Positions 12,101-23,056 of a DNA stretch of 64,000 nucleotides are shown here, one piece after another. Numbering within the stretch: position 1 is the stretch's first letter; the number at the start of each line of letters is the position of its first letter. A model generated the notes under the pieces. That model saw nothing but the letters and a program-made list of their open reading frames with translations, searched no databases and had not been told where the DNA came from. The translations under genes and the position numbers were made by a program. The stretch is from NCBI GenBank assembly GCA_051362555.1, contig CM120640.1:16368001-16432000 (forward strand), written 5' to 3'. Origin of the DNA: Lingula anatina. Its lineage: Eukaryota; Animalia; Brachiopoda.

Positions 12101-12743
12101 TCAAAGCATGTGTAGCACCTGCATAATTTACACATTACTGTAAATTTATATTTGTACTCTGTTTACAGGCCAAGTTATTCAGTTTTACTCTATGCAATAT
12201 AGAAAAAAGAGCCCTTAGCTTACTAAAGTAAATATTACAAAAAAAGAGAATGGCGCACCCGATATACTCAACTATCCATACATGATGTTAACATATTTAT
12301 AGCATGCACACTAGTTAAGTACTAGTACATGTACATGTAGTAGTACGGTACATAGGAACGCCAATTTAGTACACCATTTTCAATGAAAAACCCCATTTAA
12401 AAAGGATATTACCTGTATGTGCATAAGAAACTGGCACTTTCCATATACTAACATGCGCTGATACTGAATTGATGAATTTTCCGAATGCAAGTGGAATAAT
12501 CATTTTCGCATAATAACTCCACGATATGTCACTCGGTAAAGGAATATCCCATACGCGCAATATTGGACCCAAGTAAAATGCGATCGACATTAACTGTACC
12601 ATCGTAACGGTCATGGGATATGGAAAATCGTTCAGAACTGTCTTTCCTACAATGTTCCCTCCTGCACTGAAAGAATACCATGCTACACATAACGCAACTA
12701 TCTTCAAAATCTGTTTTAAATCGTAGTCACCGTCGTCTGACAT
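1..12743 (-). CDS. SLC35E1: Solute carrier family 35 member E1 homolog (TPT/nucleotide-sugar transporter family), spliced, 3' end outside window
   Basis: Hand-spliced GT-AG exons: 12413-12743 (MSDDGDY...[16 protein letters not shown]), 11087-11157 ([24 protein letters not shown]), exon 3 as 10154-10291 or 9671-9808, 7996-8121 ([32 protein letters not shown]...), 1-124 ([41 protein letters not shown]). Phases are consistent and the motifs match SLC35E1 as recalled. Confidence 0.93.
186..580. mobile_element. MITE with about 85-bp imperfect TIRs
   Basis: 186-270 (ggggctgttctgaatgagttaag...ccatggagattctcactgaatgcaatcag) is the inverted counterpart of 495-580. The core is shared with MITEs at 26.5, 28.2, 30.7 and 57.2 kb. 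Confidence 0.7.
737..2760 (-). mobile_element. Helentron-associated non-autonomous element (HINE/DINE-like) with internal 146-bp tandem array, copy 1
   Basis: SubTIRs ATTGTACCACCAGC / GCTGGTGGTACAAT, hairpin GAGGCG-ATAC-CGCCTC next to a CTAGT end, a terminal palindrome at 2729-2759, GGAC/CCGG-rich simple sequence, and about 10 units of 146 bp (about 925-2385). Confidence 0.75.
3232..3460 (-). mobile_element. Short HINE-like element
   Basis: ACTAGAAAAG start, subTIRs ACCTCTGCCAAGG / CCTTAGCAGAGGT, terminal AACATAACCTCC..GAGGTAA hairpin and a gacagacaaacag microsatellite. Confidence 0.6.
3472..6071 (-). mobile_element. HINE-like element with 146-bp array, copy 2 (longer)
   Basis: Near-identical termini to 737-2760, about 10 units of 146 bp (about 3660-5116), and an extra 576 bp (5130-5705) absent from copy 1. 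Confidence 0.75.
5117..5325. mobile_element. Palindromic MITE nested in HINE copy 2
   Basis: TAGTCAGGCGGCTCAGTCCAAATTTT...AAATTTGGACTGAGCCACCTGACTA, with arms of about 90 bp. Confidence 0.75.
6108..6192. repeat. (AT)n microsatellite, interrupted
   Basis: Seen directly. Confidence 0.95.
6329..7736 (-). mobile_element. Second HINE-like family with about 161-bp tandem array
   Basis: About 6 units of 161 bp (about 6720-7660), GACG microsatellite and terminal hairpin TGTACAGACAC-ATCT-GTGTCTGTACA followed by TAAAAA. The left boundary (ACAAGAG at 6329) is tentative. Confidence 0.65.
9271..9542. mobile_element. Palindromic MITE (about 105-bp arms) in SLC35E1 intron 3
   Basis: aggcctacccaactaccagactcagcacataaggatcctgaattaac... 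is mirrored by ...gttaattcaggatccttatgtgccgagtctggtagttaagtaggcct. Confidence 0.75.
9671..9808 (-). CDS. SLC35E1: SLC35E1 exon 3b (canonical-type copy)
   Basis: atttgtag|GTA...AAG|gtatgt; 138 nt, phase 0-0, [46 protein letters not shown], ending in the canonical QNIFSKK. Confidence 0.9.
10154..10291 (-). CDS. SLC35E1: SLC35E1 exon 3a (duplicated, putative mutually exclusive exon)
   Basis: tttttatag|GTG...AAG|gtaaga; 138 nt, phase 0-0, open frame [46 protein letters not shown]. Confidence 0.85.
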
Positions 12744-13359
12744 GCTGGCAGTGTTGGCACTGCTACGGACAAACAGGTAATTAGGTCGGTGGTTGATCGA
12801 AATCCATAATATTTTTCGTGGAAACTAGTAAAAAATGCTCTGTAGTTGAAGTTGATTTGTTTTTATCCCCCAAATACGATTTATATCTAAATTATACTTA
12901 GAATATTTGTAAATTATTATTTTTCATTGTTTATGTATTAGTGACCTTCACCTTTTCCATGTGGAAGTGCAGGACAGTCATCCCATTGATTTGGAGGTTG
13001 GAAACTGTTGCTGAAGCAGAAACCTGACCCAGCAGCGCGACTTCTCTGTTTTCTTCTTCATATGGGTCTGCATTTATAATTTACATTTTTCTTAAATGTT
13101 TAAAACTGGTGGCCATAAAAGTGAGTTATCAAGCAAAATAATGTGACAAGCTGACAGTGAATTAGCTTAAATATGATGTTGTTGGTTGATGTTACATACA
13201 GAAGATACATTTTTGCTTATTTGACGTGTATCACTGTGCATCATTTTGACACGGCACTGGATGGAGCCCGGCAGTATTGGGTCCAAACTATATGTTGTAT
13301 GTTATCCCAAAGAGGGTCATGAAAATTGAAATTGGAGCTACGGGCGTGTAAAGATCTAC
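12744..13359. promoter_or_regulatory. Putative bidirectional promoter between SLC35E1 and FKTN
   Basis: Divergent start codons are only 617 bp apart (12743 minus, 13360 plus). Transcription starts are not visible in the sequence. Confidence 0.55.
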
Positions 13360-16300
13360 ATGGGAATGAAAAAGTCCAGGATGATATCATGTCTGCTTTG
13401 CTGCAGCCTTTGCTTTGTTTTCATGCAAGTCATCCTGCATCGATTATTAAAACCACGTTTAGACACAAAAATGGTCAGTATACACATGTACAATACATTT
13501 TTTCAATACTTATATGATACCGGAACACCATATATATATTTTGACTGGTGGTCTTAGTTAAAATGGAATAAAGTATATAGTTTTTATGCCGGGTATGGTA
13601 TGATTCATTTACATTTTCAGTTCACATTATCACATTAGTTTATAGGTAAATTTGAAACAATATATGCCCTCCATTGTATATACATGTGTGCTAGTATATG
13701 TTAAAATGAAATTGCTACATTTGTTTCATATTTTCTTGTTGTTAGACAGAAGAAGGAGGCAGCAGTACTGAATATCTGTCACATGTAAGGAAATTCTCTG
13801 TTATTCAATTTATATTTTATGATAATTACCTCTACCATAACAAGTACATGTATACTGGGATCAACTTCTCTATTTTTATGGCCGTCTTTAAGCTCATTAT
13901 TGTGCAGTTATCACCTCCTTTATTTATGTATTATTTTAGCATAAAATTTTTTTTTCTTAACTTTAAGATTTTCCCATTTTTAGAATTTCATTGGTATTTG
14001 AATGTATGATTTTTAAAGGCATCACATGTAGATTTTTATAAAAAATATTACACCTGAAGTTCTTACAGTGTACTAACATATGTAGTTGTGCAACTGCGTG
14101 GGTGAATTGGTACATGTGAAGTACTGCATTGTGAAACGGTAATAATGTTTAAACCAGAGGTGTAGTTTCTGAGATTTTAGTTGTTATAAATATTTTTTTG
14201 AAAAAGATTCTATCCCTGACCTTGAAACCCACATAACCATATAATGCAAGTGTTTGCTCATTTTTTTTTTTTTTTTTTTTTTTTTTTTGTAATTGCATTA
14301 AATCTCTGCATCTCTATATTTTCCAAAGGCCAACATCGAGAGATTTTTGAGGTTATGTGGCAATGCCAGCCTGCCCGTGTTTCTGTTTGATGAGTACATC
14401 TTGCAGCAGGTCTTGGCCAGTCCTAACAACATGGAGATTAAAAACAGAACTTGCAAGTTTCTTTGCAATAAACAGCTGGTGACATCCTTTGCAATAACTG
14501 CTGAGAAGTGGCTACCAGAACATAAGGTACCAGTTTCACACACACACATGCACGCATGCATGCACGCACGCACGCACGCTAATAATTATCTTAAAAACAT
14601 TAACCTGATATAAAAAGCCTTATAGAGTCTTCATGTAGCAGAACAGCACAAAATATATGTTTCAATAGATCTGAAAGCACTAATAGTTTGAAATGATGTA
14701 AATTTTCTAATGTTTTGTCTATAAATGATTTATTTTGATAATAATAATAATATGCATTTTTGCAAACAAAATGATATTGATTAGAAGAATAATACTTTAT
14801 TATATTTTTTATGATATTTTTGTATGTATAGGTAATTATTATTTTTTCTTAAGGTTCACAGTTTTATCAAAGAATCCGTAAAAGAAGGTTTCACATCAGT
14901 CATTTCATTAAAATCAGAACACTGGAACTCACATCTTGAGTCTTATTCTCAAGATCCCAGCCATTATTTCTTTAAACGAGGTGGACATATCATTCACCTG
15001 GTTGTTCTATACGAAATAATGGATAAAAGTTGGTGGCATGGGGCAATAGTAATGGATGCAGCAAATGAACAGTTACAGGAATACCATTCTTATATACATG
15101 CTTCTAGAGTAGGAGTATATGCTGGTCTAGTAGATAAGTAAGTATTTGTTTTATGATGATGGCCATGTCATGTTATTATGCAGAATGTTTTATGTTTTGA
15201 TTGTTTTCAATACTTTAAAACGTTATTTGTCATACATGTATATATTGTGTAAAACTATCATATATATATGCTGTGTAGTTAACAGTAATACTGTAAGCTT
15301 TAAGATGACTGGCTATTTTTATCTTCATCAAAAAGCATTGAAAGTAGTACCTGTAATTAAGCCTCAAGAAATGTGAAAGAGACTTATTTACAACTAGTAA
15401 TTAGTAATATAAACCCTCTTGCTGATCAACTTCTGTAACCTTGATAATATATGGATTATGAATGTACAGTTTTAAAGTTTTGATCTATTTTATATTATGC
15501 CAGCTGGTAGTTTGTTTTGGAATATACTTGTATGTATTTCATAAATATTATGTACTTTGTATACCCTCTACCAGGGCGAGTGATAGATTTTTTACAGATA
15601 TTCACAGATATGTCTCTAGCTAGATAGATGGTCATTTAAGGTGGGGATGTAGGTTTGAGATTTTCTCTTAAAATAAAGGTCTTGGCTTTTTTATTCCTGT
15701 CACATTCATTTAATGTATCTTCAAAATATCTAATTATGCTTGGAACACAGCTCTAACTTCATCGTGTGACGTAATATTGGGATTTGGGGGACAAAAACAC
15801 CATTTTTCTACACCTGATTTTCTCAGGCACCTGGACAGCTATAAACTTGCTTTTGATGGCATTATAACACTTGAACAAAGTACTGCAGCATGGAGTCAGG
15901 GATTTTTCTTCAGACACTTATTGTTGATTTTATCTATAAAAACGTGAAATTACATCAAAATATTAGGGAATTTTCACTTTCAAAGTCTATAAATGAGAAA
16001 AGAGAGGATCAATCAAAATTTCTTAAAAAGCACTTTTAGTGCATACTTTTCATAATTAGCATGGCGAATTTGGTCTCCCTCAGGTGTACAGGTAGACAGT
16101 TATAGCTTGCTAAGATAACGCTATCTCGTCAATATTGAAAGCAAAGAAAACGAGCAAAAACCCTTTCAGGGAGGTTAATTGTCCAAATAAGCAAATTAAA
16201 TTGTTGACAGCTTTACCTGTTATCGTTCTGACGATCGCGAAGATTGGTACTCTATTGCCGGTTGAAATTAGCTTGTTTGCATACATTTGGATGTCAGAAA

Positions 16301-19300
16301 ATCTTATTTTTGTATCAATCTCACCTCCTGTTAGTAACTTCAAGGGGTTACCGCTAGCACTGCCAGAATGATTGACAGGCAATCAAGTAAGCCCTAATGA
16401 CTCAAGCAATCAGTGGCCACGTCAATTGCTGTCGGGGAAAGTGTTAGGGATGCGCTCTAGGATGTGCACACAATAGCAGCATCGCAGGCGGTCTTGTCCA
16501 CATTCGCCAAGCTAAAAATGGTTCGAAAACACGGTCGTGTTACAGGACGCCGATCGGACCATCAACAACAAGAAATAGACGCAACCAAAAAGGTTTTGTT
16601 AGAGGAAATGTCTAAAGTTGGGTGAGCCAGGAAAAATTCTGCGATAATTGTTGAAGAAAAAAGCTGGGTCAATTCCGTTTCAAAATTCTTTGCCGCTTTG
16701 CAGGAAAAATCATTCCTTTGTTTCTCTAGCTCCTTATAAAACCTGGTGTCCAGATTTTATCTAGTGCCCTCAGGGTTGCGGGAGCTGCTCTTTGAAAATA
16801 ACACTCAGGTAGATTTTTACCTGAGCTAAATATCGCCAGCAAGGCTTCAGGAGAGTTGTGGGCCACTGAACCCTCCAATTAAGAGGTAAAGGAAGTTCCA
16901 GTTAGATGGACGATTAAGATAAAACTTGTCAAGGTTTCAGGCATTGTTTACCTCAGTTCAATAAAAGTATGCAAGACGGGGGGGGGGGGGGGGGGGGGGG
17001 GAGGGGGGTGTCAGAATAATTGTGCCTATACAATTGATACAGAGGATTTGTTCCTACAGGTGACTTTAATAAGCAGAGGATTTCTTTATATTCCGTGAAA
17101 AATACACTAAATTTATATGAAATAATACCATGGTTGGCCAAAAAATTGTACGCACAGTGCATCCGTGCGTATGCCTAGTTACGCCCATGTTAAGATTTTT
17201 AAAATCTAACAACTGCATCGAGCTGTTGTCGAAAATGGATAGAAAGTATGACGATTGTTGTCACGGGTAGCAAACAACGGAATTTTCTTCTTTTTTTTTT
17301 GCGTATCTCAAAAAGTTAACAAGAAAATCGAAAGAGCGCGTGTAACAACAAGCAATATTCAAGGGAGAACGCGTATTTCGAGCAAATCCAATGTGTCGGA
17401 AAAGATTCATCTTAGCGCTGATCACAAACAAGAGCGACTATCAAAACAGCTTAAGCGGAACAATAGGCACTGTTTTGCCAAGCGCTGTTTATGACAAAGG
17501 GGGCATGGCGCATCCCTGTTCTATTGTTTCCCTAGACGTGCTGATGCTGCTAAGGTCCGCCCACCGAGTTTACCCATGCCAACGGCCCTTGACAACGAAG
17601 GCGGGGCATAGACCAGGCCACTGGTGCCGATGTGTGCAGCATCAGAATCCTCAGAAAAAACATATTTTTTGTTCAAAATGTAAAAATTTTATTCTGTTAA
17701 ACGTTAGATACACATTTAACCAATAATTAGACATAAAAAACCAAAAATGACGATTTTTAGCTATATTTGGGTACATCCGTACCTTAAGGCTCAACTCACC
17801 CTGTTGAGAAATCTCAAGGCTGATTACATGGCTGATAATTGTTTGCATAACTGCTCAGGCACTGCCACTTTGCAGGTCCAGTCTAAGTCTGCGTGACAGC
17901 AATCAAGACAGTTAATTACTCTGACTTCAATCACTTGCTCTTCTGTGACAGATAAAAAAGCCTTAGACTGGTTGCGTAACGAGCAGTTATCACAGCGTTG
18001 TGAAGCTCAGCTCATGCAGAGCAAGTACAAAGCCTTTGGTGCGCGCGCAGAGATTATTGTTTCCACATGGGATTCCTCAACAGGGTGAGTTGAGCCCTAA
18101 ATGACCATCTATCTAGCTAGAGACATATCTGTGAATATCTGTAAAAAATCTATCACTGGCCCTGGTAGAGGGTATACTTTGTACATGTAATTGTTACTTC
18201 AGGTTTGAAACTGTACAAGTGAAGATGGACAGCATTTCTGTGAATGCCCCCAGGTACCCCAAGTGGACCCTGGCACAAATGAACAATTCCAGATATATAG
18301 AATGCAATCACACTCAGGCAAAACTGTTTTACCAAAAATATCCACTAGAAGAAACAGAAAGAATGAGGACTTTTAGAGAGCAGGCCATCAACTTGCTACG
18401 GAAGGGGTCAGCGATTTTGGATGGTCTTGGAGTGAGGTTTTGGCTAAGCAGTGGGACCTGCCTTGGTAAGGTTTAAAGTTGAAATTTTGCTTCTTTTTTT
18501 CCACTGCACTGTCTGATTTTCAGGGATTCCAGAGTACCAATAGTGCATTGAATGTGCAATTATTTTTACATTTTTTTTCATCTTTGTTGCATAGACCTTA
18601 TTTTAGTACATGAAGCCTGGAAGAAAGGATGTTTATGTAAAATAAAGTTTTATACAGATATATGCAAGTGTATCATGAGAATTTAACATGAAAAAAAAAT
18701 ACTGAAAAGATTTTATTTTTGTTCCATATATTATTTTTTTTAATAATAGGCTCAAGGTAATATTTTATAGTTATTAAATGTATGCTTAATAATTTTTCCT
18801 CATTTTTTAGTTTTGGTTCGTAACTACCGGATTTGTGATTGACTGATTTTTTTAATTCTTACATTTCATATCTATTTTAGGATGGTATAGGCAATGTGAT
18901 ATAATCCCACACACAACAGATGTAGATTTTGGCATTTGGATAAAAGATTATAACAAGAAAATAGTTCCATCTTTTCTTAGCCATGGCTTCAGTCTGGACC
19001 ATCAGCTTGGGAAGGTGAGCTAATTTCAAAACTGTAAATTGCCTTCAGGTTTGTAAACATTCTAGTAGAAGTGGAAAGTACGTGGTTATTTAAAAAAGCA
19101 TGTTATTTATGTATTATCCATGTGCATGTAAAGTTGAGTGCACAGTTCTTGAATACATTTTTCAAAAAATTATATTTGATAGGTAAATATGCGTGCATGG
19201 TCACTCATAAACAGTAATGAACACAACTTGCAATAATTTACTTCTCATTTCCAGGTCTCGGATAGCTTCCAGTTGTCTTTCAAGTATGGAGATGTTAAAT

Positions 19301-20470
19301 TAGACATCTTCTTCTTTTATGAAGAAGGGGAATATATGTGGAATGGTGCTACTCAAGTTAAGACAGCAAACAAATACAAGTGAGTCTGTTTTATTAATGT
19401 ACAGTGAAAAGATGGTGCTTTATGCAACTCTCAATTTGTTAACATTCCAGTCTGAAGGTCAGATTTAGTGACAGTTTAAAACTGGATGCTGATTTTTATT
19501 TTCTTGCATAGTTATTATTAAATCTGTTGGCAAGCATAATTTTCTTAGACACTATGGCACACAGTAGCTGACTCACTGGATGGCAGGTATTAAGTTATCT
19601 GCGAAAAGACGATTTGCTTGAGTAAGAGCGCATTCTCAACGAATTAAGCCAGGCTTTACAAAGCCGGTGACCTAAAAATGGCGGACGTACATGAAAGAAA
19701 AACCGCCTAATCTTTTAATAGTCTCTCCGCCTCCCACACGTCGTCCCTGCGGGGTACAGTAATTAAATCTCGGCTCCGTTCGCCATGCGGAAGCTACCTG
19801 AGAAATATTAAGTGCGCATGCTCATCAGTTAAACTCGTGGTGAAGAAAGCATGGCGGCTGAAGGCGATCGAAGGAAAAAAGCTCTTCTGTTCTATTATCT
19901 TTGAAAACAGACGAAAAAGGAATAATTTGGCCCGTGGAGCAGCAATGAATCGACTATCTACGGAGATAATATCACCAGAGATATTCACGGAAATATTAAT
20001 GTTCGGAGCCGAGAGTTAATTACTGTACCCCGCAGGGACGACGTGTGGGGAGGCGTGTGAGAGGCGGAGAGACTATTAAAAGATTAGGCGGTTTTTCTTT
20101 CATGTACGTCCGCCATTTTTAGGTCCCCGGCTTTGTAAAGCCTGGCTTAATTCGTTGAGAATGCGCTCTAAGATTTGTTAACAAGGATGCTGAAGTTTGT
20201 ATTAAAAAAAAATTACCGTTATATTTGATGCATGTCTGGATTCTTTTCAGGTATTATTTCCCAAGGTTTACCCTTTGTTGGACAATGTTTTATGTTGAAA
20301 AAGTAAGAGTGCCATGTGAAACTCAGTCTTATCTAGAGGCCAACTATGGAACAAACTGGTGGGAGCCTGTAAAGATTTGGGACTGGAAAAAGAGTCCACC
20401 AAATGTCCGAGAAAATGGACAATGGCCAGAGGAGGAGTGGGATGATGTCATTCAGATTCCTGATAGTTAA
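13360..20470 (+). CDS. FKTN: Fukutin homolog (Golgi ribitol-5-phosphate transferase, LicD-family nucleotidyltransferase fold)
   Basis: Exons: 13360-13473 (N-terminal TM anchor), 13746-13784 (39 nt, less certain), 14329-14526 (PVFLFD...CKFLC), 14854-15137 ([10 protein letters not shown]...WWHG), 18203-18465 (...[10 protein letters not shown]), 18881-19014 ([17 protein letters not shown], DxD motif), 19255-19379 ([10 protein letters not shown]...WNG), 20251-20470 (...YLEANYG...[15 protein letters not shown]; TAA). All introns are GT-AG and in phase. Confidence 0.92.
15562..18174. mobile_element. MITE with about 105-bp TIRs and 9-bp TSD (Mutator-like), interrupted by a nested element
   Basis: TSD TACTTTGTA at 15553-15561 and 18175-18183. 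TIR TACCCTCTACCAGGG...GGTCATTT, with the left TIR continuing at 17788 after the nested insert. Confidence 0.8.
15640..17783. mobile_element. Non-autonomous TTAA-targeting DNA transposon (Kolobok-like)
   Basis: TTAA duplicated at 15636-15639 and 17784-17787; short TIRs GGTGGGGATGTA / TACATCCGTACC with RR...YY ends. No transposase ORF was recognised. Confidence 0.7.
19626..20168. mobile_element. PIF/Harbinger-type MITE with about 155-bp near-perfect TIRs
   Basis: TAA TSD on both sides; GAGCGCATTCTCAACGAATTAAGCC... / ...GGCTTAATTCGTTGAGAATGCGCTC. Confidence 0.85.
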
Positions 20471-23056
20471 TTTCACAAATTTATTTGATCTCATATTGTT
20501 CTTATTTGGTGTTGCTGATATTTCTATGCATTTAAAGGTACAGAACTTCATATAGTGTTCAGTGCTGTAATACATGTAGGAAGTTGCTTTTCTACATGGA
20601 AGATTTACCCAATGAACATTGAAGTGGACTTCAGTGTTTGTTAAATGGACTTCATTTAGAAAGATATTATGGATTTTATCATATTCCAACATGTATATAA
20701 ACCATCTGTGCCAAAAAACCTTTTTGCCTACTGGAACACCAGGATCTAAGGGTCTATTGACCCAGAGATGAATTATCAGCCAGTAACAGAACAAATTTAC
20801 AAAATTTTACTGGTGGCTTCAGTTTTACTGGAATTTGGCTTGATGTCAGTGTTAAAGGCAAAGGCTTATCTTAATACAGATAAATATCTTTAAGTTGCAA
20901 TGGCGAGTGTCATACATGTACAGTGATGTAAAAGAGTTTACATATATAAACAAGAACTGATTCAGAGCTGGATGTTTTTTCTGTCCTATACTCAGGAAGC
21001 ATAAATACATCATATATCTAAATGAATTGGGTGATAACATCCATGTTAAAAAGCAATGAATTATTTATTTAAAATCATTTACCATGGTTAATAGCATATG
21101 GGTGCTGTTTGTTGGGAATTGTTTTTACTGGAGAATGATATTGCAATTAGCCATTCAGGCAGTACATACCTGTAGGTAACCCCAAGTCAAAACAGGGATT
21201 GTTCAAAGCCCAAGCATTGTTCAAATGAAGACATGCTCTTAGACTTTAGACTCATTTTTATATAGTTCTAATTTATAACTTTAGTTAAAGGAAATGACAT
21301 TAAAACTACATCTTGTATAGGGAAATGGACTTTGAAGTGGTATACGTTTTAGATTCACTGAAATTGCATGCAAGTAAGTGCATAGTCAGACAAACTGCCC
21401 AAGAATGAAACTGAAAACCTTTTTTATAAGCAGAATGAACCACATAGTGGTCATCAGTTTTTATTCATTTAAATTAAAGAATTGTGAATTTACTAACACA
21501 GTTTTTGTATACATACATGTAAGGACATAACAGACTCTTGGACTGATGATGGAACACCAGTTCAGCTGGACGTGTCATTAATATTGCAATATTCACCAGC
21601 AGTTAAATTTGTTTTGGCTGAATTTGAAGGATTTCCTGATTTAAACTTAACTCTTAGAGTAGATTATCTTCCTTAAGAAGGTTTTTAAAAGTTATTTTAG
21701 ACAAATGAACAATACCGTGGATACAGAAAAGTACCCTTTGAATTTAGAAAAATTAAATGACACTGTAGTAACAAAGATATGAAGAACTAACAGTAATTAC
21801 TAACTCAAATTATTTCCATGACTTGCATGCCAGAAAAGATGCGTATTTCTCTATAAAATAACACCATAATCTTTGTGGGTGACGTTATTCAGAGTTGGAG
21901 TCCAAATACCAAAATTAGAAATAATGGACAAATTCCATTCACTTTGTGCAGGAATAGAAAATTTCCTGGGTAGTTTTCACTGTCCAGTGGTACCAGCTGC
22001 AGGTTTCACCCTTGCCTGATAAGAAACATTTTTTTCAATTAAAACATAACTACACTCCAAACAAACTTCACTTACAGTTATAATGTACTAGTAACCTGTC
22101 ACTGGGTTGTATGGCTGATGAGATCTAATGAGAACAATCCTGTTTGAATTTCACAATGATAACAGTAACCTGGTATAAAATGTAAAACATGTTTGTACCA
22201 ACTTTGTTAAAAACTCCTAATAAAATAGTATTACTATGTTACTCATTGGCGCCAAAAACCCATCCACTGAGATTTATACTGAAACATGTGACCCTTCTAC
22301 ACAATGCACATATAGTTTCAACACTTCTTAATCAGAGAACCTGTCCCAATTTTAACTGATTAAAATTCGAACAAATTGAAGCCCAACCCAAATATTTCAT
22401 TGTACATGTGATCCAGTGGAATGGTCCTCTATGAAGCACTGTCACTGTGTAAATGTGCAGTTTACTATTATACAAACAATGGTTTGATACAAACCTTCCA
22501 ATATGACATTCAGGAGTAAGATAGAATGCTTTGTGATTGAATATTTGAAGTGGATTTAAATTGTTTTGTGCACTGATGAAAAAAACGTGCATGGTAGCAC
22601 AGTGGTTAAGTATTACGTCAAAGAAAAAAATATACATACACTGTATATACGAAAACAATTAATTCAAGTGATATGATATCAGTGATTTCAAGGTAATTGG
22701 CACTGACAAAATGAACTTACAGAAGCAAACAATTTGGTTGTAATATACAATGTATATCCAGAACAATTTCAAGTGCTAAAACACAGGAAATTTAAATTGA
22801 ATACAAAAAGGGTTCTAAAATCCAATTTGTCAACAATCCAAATATCTTTAAAAATTATGTTAAGAGGTTTCATAAGATGGAAATCCCTTAGAGTAAATAT
22901 ATATATATATTGAATAAAATCCATTGTGTATGTAAACACAATGGAGGTAAATCTCAATGATATCAAACTCATTTTCTCATCATATTTGGTCTTCTTTTGC
23001 CAGCTGTTGTCTTTTGTGTCAAAATAGCTTTCATGTCATGCTGATGGTAAAAAAAA

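Noticed and set aside
15640-17783. Transposase or other gene inside the Kolobok-like insert (ORFs 16110-16382, 17255-17726)
   Set aside because: The ORFs are short and show no DDE, THAP or other recognisable motif.
17785-18098. Independent MITE with TIR GGCTCAACTCACCCTGTTGAG
   Set aside because: Better explained as the inner part of the outer element's TIR, displaced by the nested insertion; there is no matching TSD.
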